Below, one piece after another: positions 30,513 to 42,854 of a stretch of DNA of 64,000 bases. The translations under genes and the position numbers were made by a program. Each line of letters opens with the position of its first letter. The stretch's first letter is position 1. The DNA is from an uncultured bacterium (lineage in GTDB: Bacteria; Zhuqueibacterota; QNDG01; DTFT01). The notes beneath the pieces are model-generated. The model was not told where the DNA came from. It saw only the letters and a program-made list of their open reading frames with translations, and ran no database searches. The stretch spans positions 256,001-320,000 of the forward strand of contig CAVTNR010000012.1 of assembly GCA_963736115.1 (NCBI GenBank), read 5' to 3'.

Positions 30513-31157
30513 TTACTGCAGGTAAATCGCGATCGTGAACAGACCCGAGGACCCGATGCCGATGTTCGTCGAGCTCGCGGACATCTTGTCCCACTCGTCT
30601 GCTCCGCCGCCCTTGGCTTTGTTCTCCTGCGAACCCTTGGTGAAGGACAGGCGGTACTCGCCGGCCAGGGAGATGTTCTTCTTGACGAACCATTCCACGC
30701 CGAGAATGCCCCTGAGCGTGAGACCAGAGATGGACGACTTGGTTTCGTTCGGATCGTCGTCTTCCATGTGGCCGGACTCGGTGCTCTCGCTCTGCTTCAA
30801 GAATCCCGCGCCTCCGCCGACATAAGGAGTGATGTTGTTCTTGTTCAGATGCTTGATCACATCGAACATGACGCCGAAGGATGAAGCGCTTTCCTTTTCG
30901 CCGACGTAATCGTCGATGTCCGGGTCCTGCTCGGAGCTGGACATGCCGAACAGCAGGCAGGGGCGGTAAGCCATGGTGCCGGCCGCGTTGAATATCTTGG
31001 CGCCGATGCCGGTCGCGGGGCCCGCGTTGTAATTATACAAACCCAGGTCGGCCAGGCCGCCGAATGTGAACAGAATGGCCCGGTTGTTCGTGCGCAGATC
31101 CTGCGCGCCCACCGCGACGGCCAGAACCAGCATCGCGACCACCAGAATTTTCTTCAT
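30513..31157 (-). CDS. Outer-membrane beta-barrel protein (8-stranded type)
   Basis: Signal peptide; TPYVGGGAG, GVEWF, SLAGEY; ends in an amphipathic strand (FTIAIYLQ). Confidence 0.8.
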   Translation of the reverse strand: MKKILVVAMLVLAVAVGAQDLRTNNRAILFTFGGLADLGLYNYNAGPATGIGAKIFNAAGTMAYRPCLLFGMSSSEQDPDIDDYVGEKESASSFGVMFDVIKHLNKNNITPYVGGGAGFLKQSESTESGHMEDDDPNETKSSISGLTLRGILGVEWFVKKNISLAGEYRLSFTKGSQENKAKGGGADEWDKMSASSTNIGIGSSGLFTIAIYLQ

Positions 31158-31219
31158 GCGTCCGCCTCCTCGTTTGGTCTCTTCCCGATTCGGATTCCGG
31201 ATCCGGAATCCATTTTCAA

Positions 31220-31248
31220 AATATATCCTTTTTATGGGAATATGTCAA
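31220..31248 (-). promoter_or_regulatory. Sigma70 promoter of the OMP gene
   Basis: TTGACA-17-TATATT. Confidence 0.7.
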
Positions 31249-31319
31249 CCCCGAATCTGTCAGCGAACGTATTTCCCGCTGCTCGGAACGTCGGGGAGCT
31301 TCAATTCCGTTTTTGTCCG

Positions 31320-33329
31320 TCACACCGCGGCCGTATCTCCGCCCGCCGACCGTACCGCCGCCTCCAGCTCCGCCTGGGCCGTCTCCCAGGCCGCGAACAG
31401 ATCCTGCAATTCTCTTTCAACCACGGCATGGTCCACCTGGAGCTGTCCGATCAGCGCCTTCCCCGCGTAGGTTTCCGGATCCGCCATGCGGGCCTCGAGG
31501 CCGGCCTTGCGTTTCTCCGCTTCCGCGATCTTTTCTTCCAGCCTGCGCACGGCCGTTTCAAAGGGTTTCTTCAACCGGTTCAGCGCGTCCCGAGCCTCGG
31601 CCTCCGCGCGCCGCTGTTCCTTCGTCCGTTTGCCGCCGGTCGAGGAACCGGCTCCCGCGGTTTCCTGCCGCTCAGCCGTTCCCTTCTTCGTGACGGCCGG
31701 CGCCGGGTTCCCCTCCGTTTCCCCGGCCGCTGCATCCTCCAGCCTCCGGTCCAGGTAATCGCCGTAATTTCCCTCGTACTCCTTCAGCCCGCGGTTCCGG
31801 ACCTCGATGACGCGGCCCACCAGTTTGGTCAGGAAATACCGGTCATGCGAGATCAGGAGCAGGGTGCCGTCGTATTCCCGGAGGGCCTGTTCCAGCGCCT
31901 CCTTGGAGACCATGTCCAGGTGGTTGGTCGGCTCGTCCATGATCAGAAAATTCGACTCGGACAGCAGAATTTTCGCCAGGGACACCCGGGCCTTTTCCCC
32001 GCCCGAAAGCACCCGGATCGGTTTGAATACGTCGTCCCCGGTGAACTGGAATATGCCGAGCACGTTGCGCACGCGCTGGGGAACGGTGTCGGACGCGCAC
32101 GCCATGGCCTCCTCGATCACCGTCTTCTCCATGTCCAGCGAGTCGACCTGGTGCTGGGAGTACATGCCGGTCACGACATTCGTTCCAAGCGCGGATTGTC
32201 CCTTCTGCGGCTTCAGCTCGCCCCGGATCAGCCGGGTGAGCGTGGTCTTGCCCGCCCCGTTCTCGCCCACCACCGCGATCTTGTCCCCCCGGTAAATGGA
32301 GAGGTTCACGGATTCGAGCACCCATTCCTCGCCATACTTGAAAGACAGGTCCCGCATGTGCAGGACATCCCGGTAACTCGGCTTTCCGGACCGGATCCGG
32401 AAGGACCAGGACCGCCGCTCTTCCGGCAGTTCGATCCGCTCGATCTTCTCCAGCTGTTTAATGCGGCTCTGCACCTGGGCGGCCTTGGTGGCCTTGTACC
32501 GGAAACGGTCGATGAAGACCTGCTGGCGCGCCAGCTCGTCCTGCTGTTCCTTCCAGCGCTTGCGCAGGAGCTCGGCCGCCTCGTCCCTGGCCTTCTCATA
32601 GTCCCGGTAATTGCCCGTGTAATGCGTGAGCCGGCCCCGGTCGAGCTCGTGAATTTCGTCGGCCAGGCGGTCGATGAAGAAGCGGTCGTGCGACACGAGA
32701 ACCACACTGCCGCGGAACGAACGGAGGTATTGCTCGAGCCATTCCAGGGAGGGCAGGTCCAGGTGGTTGGTGGGCTCGTCGAGGAGGAGAAGCTCCGGTT
32801 CAGACAGGAGCAGGCCGGCCAGAACCGCGCGCATGCGCCATCCGCCGCTGAATTCAGGGAGCGGCCTTCCGAAATCGGACGGGGTGAATCCCAGGCCCGA
32901 CAGGATCCCCTTGGCCCGGTGCTCGATGCCGTACCCGTCCAGCGCGGTGAAACGGTGCTCAAGGTGCCCCAGCCGGTTCAGGGCGGCGGGATCGTCGGAC
33001 ATTCCCTGTGACAATTCGTGGTGAAGAGTCCGGATCTCCGATTCGATGCGGCTGAGTTCCGTCTGGCTTTGCATCACGGTTTCGAGGAGCGAGCCGCCGC
33101 CGCAGGCCGTTTCCTCCTGGGGCAGGTACCCGACGGCCGTCCCCCTGGGCATGACAATGTCCCCGCGGTCCGGCTGGAGGTCCCCGTGAATGATGCGGAG
33201 CAGGGTCGTTTTTCCCGCGCCGTTCGGCCCGATCAGCGCCATGTGCCGGCCCGGGTGGATCATCCACTCGACCCCGTCGAGCAGACGGCGTTCAGCGATG
33301 GAATAGTGCAGGTCGCGGATCTGTATCAT
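31320..33329 (-). CDS. ABC-F family ATP-binding protein
   Basis: Two ABC domains (GPNGAGKT/FSGGW/LDEPTNHLD and GENGAGKT/LSGGE/MDEPTNHLD), no TM, C-terminal coiled coil. Confidence 0.93.
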   Translation of the reverse strand: MIQIRDLHYSIAERRLLDGVEWMIHPGRHMALIGPNGAGKTTLLRIIHGDLQPDRGDIVMPRGTAVGYLPQEETACGGGSLLETVMQSQTELSRIESEIRTLHHELSQGMSDDPAALNRLGHLEHRFTALDGYGIEHRAKGILSGLGFTPSDFGRPLPEFSGGWRMRAVLAGLLLSEPELLLLDEPTNHLDLPSLEWLEQYLRSFRGSVVLVSHDRFFIDRLADEIHELDRGRLTHYTGNYRDYEKARDEAAELLRKRWKEQQDELARQQVFIDRFRYKATKAAQVQSRIKQLEKIERIELPEERRSWSFRIRSGKPSYRDVLHMRDLSFKYGEEWVLESVNLSIYRGDKIAVVGENGAGKTTLTRLIRGELKPQKGQSALGTNVVTGMYSQHQVDSLDMEKTVIEEAMACASDTVPQRVRNVLGIFQFTGDDVFKPIRVLSGGEKARVSLAKILLSESNFLIMDEPTNHLDMVSKEALEQALREYDGTLLLISHDRYFLTKLVGRVIEVRNRGLKEYEGNYGDYLDRRLEDAAAGETEGNPAPAVTKKGTAERQETAGAGSSTGGKRTKEQRRAEAEARDALNRLKKPFETAVRRLEEKIAEAEKRKAGLEARMADPETYAGKALIGQLQVDHAVVERELQDLFAAWETAQAELEAAVRSAGGDTAAV

Positions 33330-33397
33330 GAAGGCCTTTCGGTCTCTTCCAAAGCCGCCTCCCCTTTCTCATGCCGATCGGGGCGGTCGTGCCTTCG

Positions 33398-33426
33398 AAT
33401 GTACGCAGGACGCCCTGGAATGTCAA
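33398..33426 (-). promoter_or_regulatory. Sigma70 promoter of the ABC-F gene
   Basis: TTGACA-17-TACATT. Confidence 0.6.
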
Positions 33427-33433
33427 TAGAATC

Positions 33434-33472
33434 AAAAAAGAACCCCGAGGCTGAAAGCCCCGGGGTTCTTTT
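33434..33472 (-). terminator. groEL terminator
   Basis: AAAAAAGAACCCCG...CGGGGTTCTTTT hairpin. Confidence 0.85.
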
Positions 33473-33492
33473 GATAGCATGAAACGCCTGAC

Positions 33493-35136
<1,644 letters not shown>

Positions 35137-35171
35137 TTAATTGGATGTAATGCCGGAAACAAGCCGGACGG

Positions 35172-35456
35172 TCAGACCACCGCCAGAATGTCGCTCTCCC
35201 GGATGATCAGGTATTCCTCGTTGTCGATCGTCACTTCAGTGCCGGAATACTTGCCGTACAGCACCGTGTCCTTGACCTTCACGGTCATGGGGACGAGCTT
35301 GCCGTCATCGGAAATACGGCCCGGGCCGGCGGCCATGACTTCGCCCTTCTGCGGCTTTTCCTTGGCTGTGTCCGGGATGATGATTCCGCCCTGGACCTTT
35401 TCATCGGGCTCTGCGGCTTTAATCACGACCCGATCGGCCAACGGTTTAATCTTCAT
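35172..35456 (-). CDS. groS: Co-chaperonin GroES
   Basis: [29 protein letters not shown]. Confidence 0.98.
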   Translation of the reverse strand: MKIKPLADRVVIKAAEPDEKVQGGIIIPDTAKEKPQKGEVMAAGPGRISDDGKLVPMTVKVKDTVLYGKYSGTEVTIDNEEYLIIRESDILAVV

Positions 35457-35503
35457 GGATTCCTCCTTGATGCTGGTGTGAGGGACCTATACATGTCCGC
35501 GGA

Positions 35504-35571
35504 CTGGCAAACCGAAACGCGGACTGCTAACGAAAACCTGTATAATATACTTATTTTTTTGGAAATGTCAA
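35504..35571 (-). promoter_or_regulatory. groES promoter with degenerate CIRCE (HrcA operator)
   Basis: TTGACA at 35571-35566 with TATATT/TATTAT 16-18 nt downstream; TTAGCAGTC-N9-GTTTGCCAG at 35530-35504 versus consensus TTAGCACTC-N9-GAGTGCTAA. Confidence 0.65.
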
Positions 35572-35666
35572 GAGGAAAATATTTTATTGGTAATAATCAG
35601 GGGGGCTGATTGATATCTGCATTATTAACAGATACTTAACAAAAATAAAGCCGGTCGAACGAAAAT

Positions 35667-38600
35667 TTACCGGATCAATATCATTTTTCTGGTTTTATGA
35701 CTTCCTGCTGTCTCAAACCTGCAGAAATAGACTCCTGAAGGGTATTGTTCCGCATGCCAGACCACGGAATAACGTCCAGCCTGGTATTTCCCTTCAGCCA
35801 GCGACTCAAGTCCGCGGCCCGCGGCATCGACCACGGTGACCCGGATGAAGGACGCGGCCGGAAGCGTAAATCCGATCCGCGTCGAAGCATTGAACGGATT
35901 CGGGAAATTGCTCTCCAGGATGAAATCGACCGGCCCTGTCCCTGGCGATGACGCGACATCCGCGGTCCAGTCGTCCGTTCCGGGGGATCCCCCCGGGTAT
36001 TTCGAAACCGCCCAGTATTCGGGCTGTTCGGGATCACCGGACGCGGTCGGATCCGCGGGAACAAGAGAATGCCCTGTTCCGTCCGCTTCAACCGGCCATG
36101 GGCTCTTGTCATTGTACCGCACATCGATCACCGTGTCGCCCGAAGCGTCCACGAACGCAAGCCGCTCGCCCCCGTTGTCCAGCTGGCCCGTATACTCCCC
36201 GAACGGCCCGAATCCGTATCGACTCTGGAATGCGGCCGCGTTCGAAGCCAGCACCATGAACGCGCCGGGCGCCAGCACCGCGCCTGCGGGAAAAACGTAA
36301 TCCACGCCCCGAACCCAGGACGCGCCCGTCAGCGTGATCGGCGACGACCCCGTGTTCTTCAGTTCCAGAAACTCGAACTCCCGGTCGTCCAAATCCCCCT
36401 CTCCCAGCGCATGGTAGTGGATCTCCGTCAAAGCCAGGCCGGATATCCCCACCCCCGCGTTCACCGCGAGTTCGTGAAGGGCGCTCCACACCGTCCCGTC
36501 CAGCACCCGGCTCTTCAGAACGCAGTTCCCGGGGACCGTCACGGCCGCGTCGTCCCCGCCGTTCATGGCCGACGAATTTACGGCGCCGCCGATGAGCCGG
36601 GGATCGGATCCGTCCAGCGTGTAGTAGATGATTCCCTTTCCGCCCGCGTTCACGTTCAAAAGACGGATGGCGGAGCCGGCCGGCAGGTTCACGCCGTCAT
36701 CCGGAATGTCCGATCCCGAACTGCTGTACGCCGGCGGGTCAATGGCCGGGTACAGGTTGTCTTTTTTCAGTTGACCCAGCACAACGCCGGTCCGGTCGGA
36801 GAAAAAGGTGTTGAGAACCCAATCAACCGCGGGCTGCCAATCCTCATCCTTTGTCCTGGGCGGATGCACTTTGGCGTCGCCCCACCGCGCTGATTCCGCG
36901 ATGATAGCCGTTTCGATGGCCTCGGCCCGTGCCGCGAAACGGGCGCGGGACGCGTCGCGTGTCAGTGCGCCATGATTGAAGAAGTGACGGTAGGCCCGGT
37001 CCGCGAAGAGCAGGCGGTACTCGGCGTTCTCCGAGAGCCGCTGGTGCAGCCACTGGGGATTGAATGTATCCCGGCTGCCTCCCGGATACGGACCGGTGCG
37101 GTCGTATCCGTAATCGGAATGCTCGCTGTACCGCGGGTCCATCAGGGTGTGTTCGGCATCGTGACAATAGTAGGTGAAGCCCGTCCGGCCGATCCGGTTG
37201 TACACCGCGTAGAAGTTATTCGGACTTGAATTCCCGCCCCAGGCGGAAACGGGCGCGTCGAAGTTGCCTGTGTAGAAAATGACGAGCATGTAGTCGATGA
37301 GGTTGACCGGATCGACGAAAACCGGGTACGTCCAGTTGACGGATCCGTCCGCATTCCGGCCCAGCGCCTTGAAATAAAGGGAATTGGTCTTGAAGCCCGC
37401 CACGGTCAGCGACCAGAGCCGCTGAAAGGCATCGACCGTTCCATCCGTGGCCTCATAGGCCAGTCCGTACTGGCGGGCGACCTTGATTACATCGTAATCG
37501 TCCCTGTCCCCGCCGAAATAGGATTCCGCGAAAGAGGCTTCGGAACGCTCCTGCGTCTCATACAGGCCCCAGTACATGCCGTTGAGAAAGAGGTGGTAGG
37601 GCCGGGTGCGCGTGTACGGCTGTCCCATGTCGCGCTGGCAGTCGCGCGAAAACACATCGCGGATGAATGTGCAGATGTGGCCGCTGAAATTTTTCATACT
37701 CCAGGAATAGTTCTGCGAAGTACGCAGGTCAACGCCGTCGAAGGAAGACACGCCCTCGTCCTGGAACAGGGGATAGTCCAGCTTGCCCTTCCCGTATTCA
37801 TCCCGGAAGAAGAAGCGGAAAGCCAGTTTCAACTGCTGGTCCGTGCCCGAGGCCTGGCGGCTCCACCCGCCGCGGATGCGGAGGCCGCCGTTGATCTGGA
37901 ATCCTTCCTCCATCCCCCGGGGGTCATAAAGCTCGATCGACGCGGCCCTTTCCCATTCGATGCCGTGTTCGGCCGGATTGACGTAAATGCCCGAGTCCGG
38001 ATTGAACAGGCTGCCCGGGTCCGCGGCGACACAGAGCACGGGAATCGAGCGGAGCGCGTCGTCGATCAGGTCCCTGTACCGGCTGTCATTCACCACGTCC
38101 GGATCCATGTTATAATCGAATTGCCGGCCGTTCACCGGATAGAAAGGCCAGTCGCCTCGCGGGTCGGCCTGGGTCCGGACCCGCTCCGGGAAGATGTAGG
38201 TCTGGCCGCCTGTCTGCGTGACCTGCGTTCCATTCACGGACGCGAGCGCCCGGACCACGACCGCGGGCGTGAGGCCCCGTCCGTCCGTTGAAGCCGGGTC
38301 GACACGGATGACCGCGGGTGATTCCGTTTCACGTGCATTGAGACTGGTCCGCGGATCGGAGCCGTCCAGGGTGTACCGGATGATCGCATTCGCAGAGTCG
38401 CTCCACACCGTCAAATCGAAGGCGGATGCGTAAAAACCGTGCGGGACGGAAAAGGAGGGACTGCCGGGCAGGGAATCCAGGGGCGGAGGAGGAGGGCCCG
38501 CCGGAACGAACGCGAAGTAATTGATATTGTAGCTCGGCGCCAGGGCCGTGAAACGCATGACCGCGGTCCCGGCCGCGAGTTCTACGTCCGGGACGTCGAC

Positions 38601-39020
38601 CCATGCGTACACCTGCCAGTTGCCCGTGACCGGAACGGTCACGGACGAACGGACCGTTTGATTGTTGACGGTGATGCGGAAACGGCCCTCGCCGTCCTGG
38701 GCTGCCGCCCGGAACCGGATCGTGTAGTGGCCCGCGGCCTTGACGTCGATCGTGTACTCCACGTATTCGCCGGTCTGCACATACCCGATGTTGTAACCGC
38801 CCTCTCCGCAGTCTTCGACGTCCACGCCCTCGCCGGTTCGGTACCGGCCCCCCTGGTTCGCCGCGTCCGCATCGTGATAGGCCGTGCCTTCGCCGCCCGT
38901 ATCAAAGTCCTCCGCCTGCACGGTGCCGGGCACGGGCCAAGCCGTCCCACCATAGGGCGCCTGCTGGGCGGAGGCCGTGACAAAGGCCGTGAAAAAGACT
39001 GCAATGAGAAGTGGCTTCAC
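35667..39020 (-). CDS. Secreted CBM6 + Fn3-associated + CotH-kinase-like + lamin-tail domain + Por/T9SS tail protein (paralog 1)
   Basis: VQAEDFDTGGEG, YTLDGSDP (x2), LRIRGG, HLFLNGMYWGLY, TEIHYH/EFLELKN/LDNGGE, NFPNPFN. Confidence 0.85.
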   Translation of the reverse strand: MKPLLIAVFFTAFVTASAQQAPYGGTAWPVPGTVQAEDFDTGGEGTAYHDADAANQGGRYRTGEGVDVEDCGEGGYNIGYVQTGEYVEYTIDVKAAGHYTIRFRAAAQDGEGRFRITVNNQTVRSSVTVPVTGNWQVYAWVDVPDVELAAGTAVMRFTALAPSYNINYFAFVPAGPPPPPLDSLPGSPSFSVPHGFYASAFDLTVWSDSANAIIRYTLDGSDPRTSLNARETESPAVIRVDPASTDGRGLTPAVVVRALASVNGTQVTQTGGQTYIFPERVRTQADPRGDWPFYPVNGRQFDYNMDPDVVNDSRYRDLIDDALRSIPVLCVAADPGSLFNPDSGIYVNPAEHGIEWERAASIELYDPRGMEEGFQINGGLRIRGGWSRQASGTDQQLKLAFRFFFRDEYGKGKLDYPLFQDEGVSSFDGVDLRTSQNYSWSMKNFSGHICTFIRDVFSRDCQRDMGQPYTRTRPYHLFLNGMYWGLYETQERSEASFAESYFGGDRDDYDVIKVARQYGLAYEATDGTVDAFQRLWSLTVAGFKTNSLYFKALGRNADGSVNWTYPVFVDPVNLIDYMLVIFYTGNFDAPVSAWGGNSSPNNFYAVYNRIGRTGFTYYCHDAEHTLMDPRYSEHSDYGYDRTGPYPGGSRDTFNPQWLHQRLSENAEYRLLFADRAYRHFFNHGALTRDASRARFAARAEAIETAIIAESARWGDAKVHPPRTKDEDWQPAVDWVLNTFFSDRTGVVLGQLKKDNLYPAIDPPAYSSSGSDIPDDGVNLPAGSAIRLLNVNAGGKGIIYYTLDGSDPRLIGGAVNSSAMNGGDDAAVTVPGNCVLKSRVLDGTVWSALHELAVNAGVGISGLALTEIHYHALGEGDLDDREFEFLELKNTGSSPITLTGASWVRGVDYVFPAGAVLAPGAFMVLASNAAAFQSRYGFGPFGEYTGQLDNGGERLAFVDASGDTVIDVRYNDKSPWPVEADGTGHSLVPADPTASGDPEQPEYWAVSKYPGGSPGTDDWTADVASSPGTGPVDFILESNFPNPFNASTRIGFTLPAASFIRVTVVDAAGRGLESLAEGKYQAGRYSVVWHAEQYPSGVYFCRFETAGSHKTRKMILIR
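36081..36743. repeat. 663-bp direct repeat, copy 1 (Fn3-associated plus LTD coding segment)
   Basis: Colinear with 39536-40198, about a dozen mismatches by eye. Confidence 0.92.
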
Positions 39021-39121
39021 GAAAATTCCTTTCCGGATGACCCTGCCCTAAAACCGTTTCCGCGGTCAACGGCTGAGCATTTCAGGCAACCGCCTGGACC
39101 TGGAGGAAACGGCCATGCCGG

Positions 39122-42100
39122 TTATTTGACCAGCAGCATTCTCCGCGCCTGCACTTCGTCCCCGAATTCCAGCACACACAGGTAAACACCCGCTGAAAGT
39201 CCGGATGCATCCCAGCGCACACTGTGCGGCCCGGCCGCGTAATGCCCAGCCGCGAGCACGGCCGCATGCCGGCCCAGCACGTCCGTCACCCGCATCCGCA
39301 CGAATCCCGCTTTCGGAAGCGTGAACCGGATCAAGGTGCCGGGGTTGAAGGGGTTGGGAAAATTCTGGCTCAGCGAGAAGGTTCCGGGAACCGCCGGATT
39401 GCTTCCATCAATCCCCGAGGCCGAATCATCCGCGCCAGGCGAACCGTGAACCCGGGCGGAGGCGATCCAGTATTCCGGCAGGGACGGATCGCCCGCGGCG
39501 GACAGGCTTCCGGGAACCAGGGACTGGCCCGTGCTGTCCGCTTCAACCGGCCATGGGCTCTTGTCATTGTACCGCACATCGATCACCGTGTCGCCCGAAG
39601 CGTCCACGAACGCAAGCCGCTCGCCCCCGTTGTCCAGCTGGCCCGTATACTCCCCGAACGGCCCGAATCCGTATCGACTCTGGAATGCGGCCGCGTTCGA
39701 AGCCAGCACCATGAACGCGCCGGGCGCCAACACCGCGCCTGCGGGAAAAACGTAATCCACGCCCCGAACCCAGGACGCGCCCGTCAGCGTGATCGGCGAC
39801 GACCCCGTGTTCTTCAGTTCCAGAAACTCGAACTCCCGGTCGTCCAGTTCCCCCTGCCCCAGCGGATGGTAGTGGATCTCCGTCAAAGCCAGGCCGGATA
39901 TCCCCACCCCCGCGTTCACCGCGAGTTCGTGAAGGGCGCTCCACACCGTCCCGTCCAGCACCCGGCTCTTCAGAACGCAGTTCCCGGGGACCGTCACGGC
40001 CGCGTCGTCCCCGCCGTTCATGGCCGACGAATTCACAACGCCGCCGATGAGCCGGGGATCGGATCCGTCCAGCGTGTAGTAGATGATTCCCTTTCCGCCC
40101 GCGTTCACGTTCAAAAGACGGATGGCGGAGCCGGCCGGCAGGTTCACGCCGTCGTCCAGTATGTCCGATCCCGAACTGCTGTACGCCGGCGGGTCAATAT
40201 CCGGGTACAAACCGTCGTCCATGAGCTGGCCGATCACAATGTCGCTCCGGCCGGGAAAGAACTCGTCCAGCACCCAGTTCACGGCCGGGAGCCAGTCGTC
40301 ATCGCGCGTGCGCACGCCCCACCACATCTTGGCATCGCCCCAGCGAGCCGATTCCCCGATGACGGCCTGGTCGATTTCAGCGGCACGCGCCGCCAGCCGC
40401 TCCCGGCACTTTTCCGCGGTGAGCGCGCCGTGGTTGAAGAAGTGCCGGTAGACCCGGTCCGCGAACTGCAGGCGGTACTCGGCATTCTCCGACAGCCGCT
40501 GGTGCAGCCACTGCGGGTTGAATTTGTTCATCTGTTCCCCGGCCGGATACGGCCCGGTGCGGTCATACCCGTAGTCGCTGTTCTCGCTGTAGCGCGGGTC
40601 CATGATCGAATGCTCCGCGTCGTGCGCGAAAAACCGGAATCCGGACCGTCCGATCCGGCTGTAGATGCCGTAAAAATTATTGGGACTCATGTTGCTGTGG
40701 AAAGCGGTCACAGGCGCGTCAAAATTGCCGGTGTAGTAAATGACGAGCAGGTAATCGGCGAGATTGACCGGATCCACATAAACCGGATAGGACCAATTCT
40801 CGGAGCCGTCCGGGTTTTTCCCCTGCACACGAAAATAGGCCGCATTCGCCCCGAATCCATCGACCGCCCTGGTCCAGAGATCGTTGTACGCGCCGAGACT
40901 GCCGTCCGTGGCCTCGATGTCATACTGAAACTGATCGATGGCCACCTTCACCACGTCATAATCATCCTTGCCCCCGCCGAAATAGGACTCGGCGTACGAC
41001 GCCTCGGGCCTTTCCTGGGTCTGATACAGGCCCCAGTACATGCCGTTGAGGACCAGGTGATAAGCCCGGCTCCGCGTGTACGCCTGCCCCATGTCCCTCT
41101 GCGTGTCCCGCGAGAACACATCGCGGATGAAAATGCAGGCGGTTGAGTTCTGGTAGCTCCAGGAATAGTTCTGCGCGCATCGCAGATCCACTCCGTCGAA
41201 CGAGGACACGCCTTCGTTCTGGAAGAGCGGATAGTCCAGCTTGCCTTTCCCGTATTCCTTTTTAAAGAACAAGCGGAACGCGTGCTTGAACTGGCCGCCG
41301 TATCCGGTGGGGACGCGGCTGTAGCCGCCGCGGAGCCGGAGCCCCGCGTTGAGCTGAAAACCCTCCTCCAACCCACTGGGATCGAAGAGCTCGAGCGAGA
41401 CCGGCCTTTCCCATTCTTCGCCCCGGCCCATGGGGTTGACGTAGATTCCCCTTTCAGCACCGAAGAGGTTGTCCAGTTCAGTGTTGATGCACACGGTCGG
41501 AATGGACTTGAGCGCCGGGATGAGCTTGTCGCGGTACCGGCTGTCGTTCAACACGTCCGGGTCCATGTCGTAATCGAGTATTTTGTCATTGACCTGGTCC
41601 GTCGGCCAGTCCCCCCCGGATGCGTCTGCGTCTTGACCGCGTTTTCAAAAACATAGGTCTGACAGCCCGTCCTTGTGAGCGGCCTTCCATCCACAGCCGC
41701 GTAGGCCCGCACAACAACCGCGGGCGTAAGGGCCCTGCCGTCCGTGGAAGCCGGATCGATGCGGATGACCGCCGGAGACGCCTTCTGCCGGACCGTGGCG
41801 CTGAACCGCGGATCCGAGCCGTCCAAAGTGTACCGGATGACGGCTCCGGTTGAATCGCTGGACACGGTCAGATCGAACGGGGATGTGACAAAGCCGTGCG
41901 CAACGGAATAGAACGGGGAACCCGGAAGGGACTCGTCCTCGATTTCAAGGGACACAGTGTCGGATACGGCTGTGTCGCCGGAGTTGTCCGTCGCGACCGC
42001 GATGAAGGCGACTTGCACGGGCTGGAACGGGGTCCAGACCCACTCCCAGGGCGCGGACGCGTCCGCGCCGAGCGAAACGCCGTTCCCGAACAGTTCGACC

Positions 42101-42750
42101 CGCGTCACGCTCCCATCCTGATCCGAAGCTTCGGCGCGCAGCGCGATCGGCGTGCCCACCGTGAACGCATCCCCGTCATGCGGCCACACGATGGACACCT
42201 GGGGCGGCACGGAGACGCTCTCCTTGACGAACTGGAAATAATTGACGTTGAAATTGGGAGCCGTAATTTCGACCCGCATGACCTGCGGACCGGCATTCAG
42301 GGACACACCCGGTATGTCCACCCAGGTCCAGGTCTGCCAGCCGCCGGTCGACGGCGCTGTCCGAATCCCGCTGACGTCCAGGCCCCCGATCCGGATGCGG
42401 AATCCGCCTGGATCGCCCTGGGCGGCCGTGCGCACCCGTATCGTGTAGGTTCCCGCCATGGCTGCGGAAAGCGTGTATTCCATCCACTCGTCGACCTGCA
42501 TGTAGCCGACATTGAATCCGCCCTCTTCGCAGGCCTCGATGTCCACGCCCTCTCCCGGCCTGTACTGGCCGCCCTGATTGGCTTCTTCTATGTCGTGATA
42601 GGCGACGCCCTCTCCGCCCGAATCATAATCCTCGGCCTGAATGATGCCCGGCACAGGCCGGGCCGTTCCGCCGTAGGGCGCCTGCTGGGCGAACAGAACA
42701 CCCGCCCACAGAAAACATACGAAAAGGATGCGCGGGAAAGCATTTTTCAT
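39122..42750 (-). pseudogene. Paralog 2: CBM6 + Ig-like + CotH + LTD + Por tail; frameshift in a G7 run at 41611-41617
   Basis: G8 restores QTHPGGDWPTDQVNDKILDYDMDPDV, matching paralog 1 PRGDWPFYPVNGRQFDYNMDPDV. Probably an intact gene. Confidence 0.8.
39536..40198. repeat. 663-bp direct repeat, copy 2
   Basis: See 36081-36743. Confidence 0.92.
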
Positions 42751-42854
42751 GACGGAATCATCCTCTGAGCTTTAAATGGACATGAGATGAAAAGGCGGGA
42801 CGGTCCTTCGGGCGGGAATGCGGACGAGGTCGGCATTCTCACGGAGTGGAAGGG

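Noticed and set aside
35500-35530. c-di-GMP-I riboswitch (GGCAAAC...GAAA-like)
   Set aside because: It is on the wrong strand for groES and has no P2/P3 stems. The same bases are better explained as a CIRCE.
36081-40198. Diversity-generating retroelement TR/VR pair
   Set aside because: The mismatches are not adenine-specific (G/C and T/C changes occur), both copies are coding, and there is no reverse transcriptase in the window.
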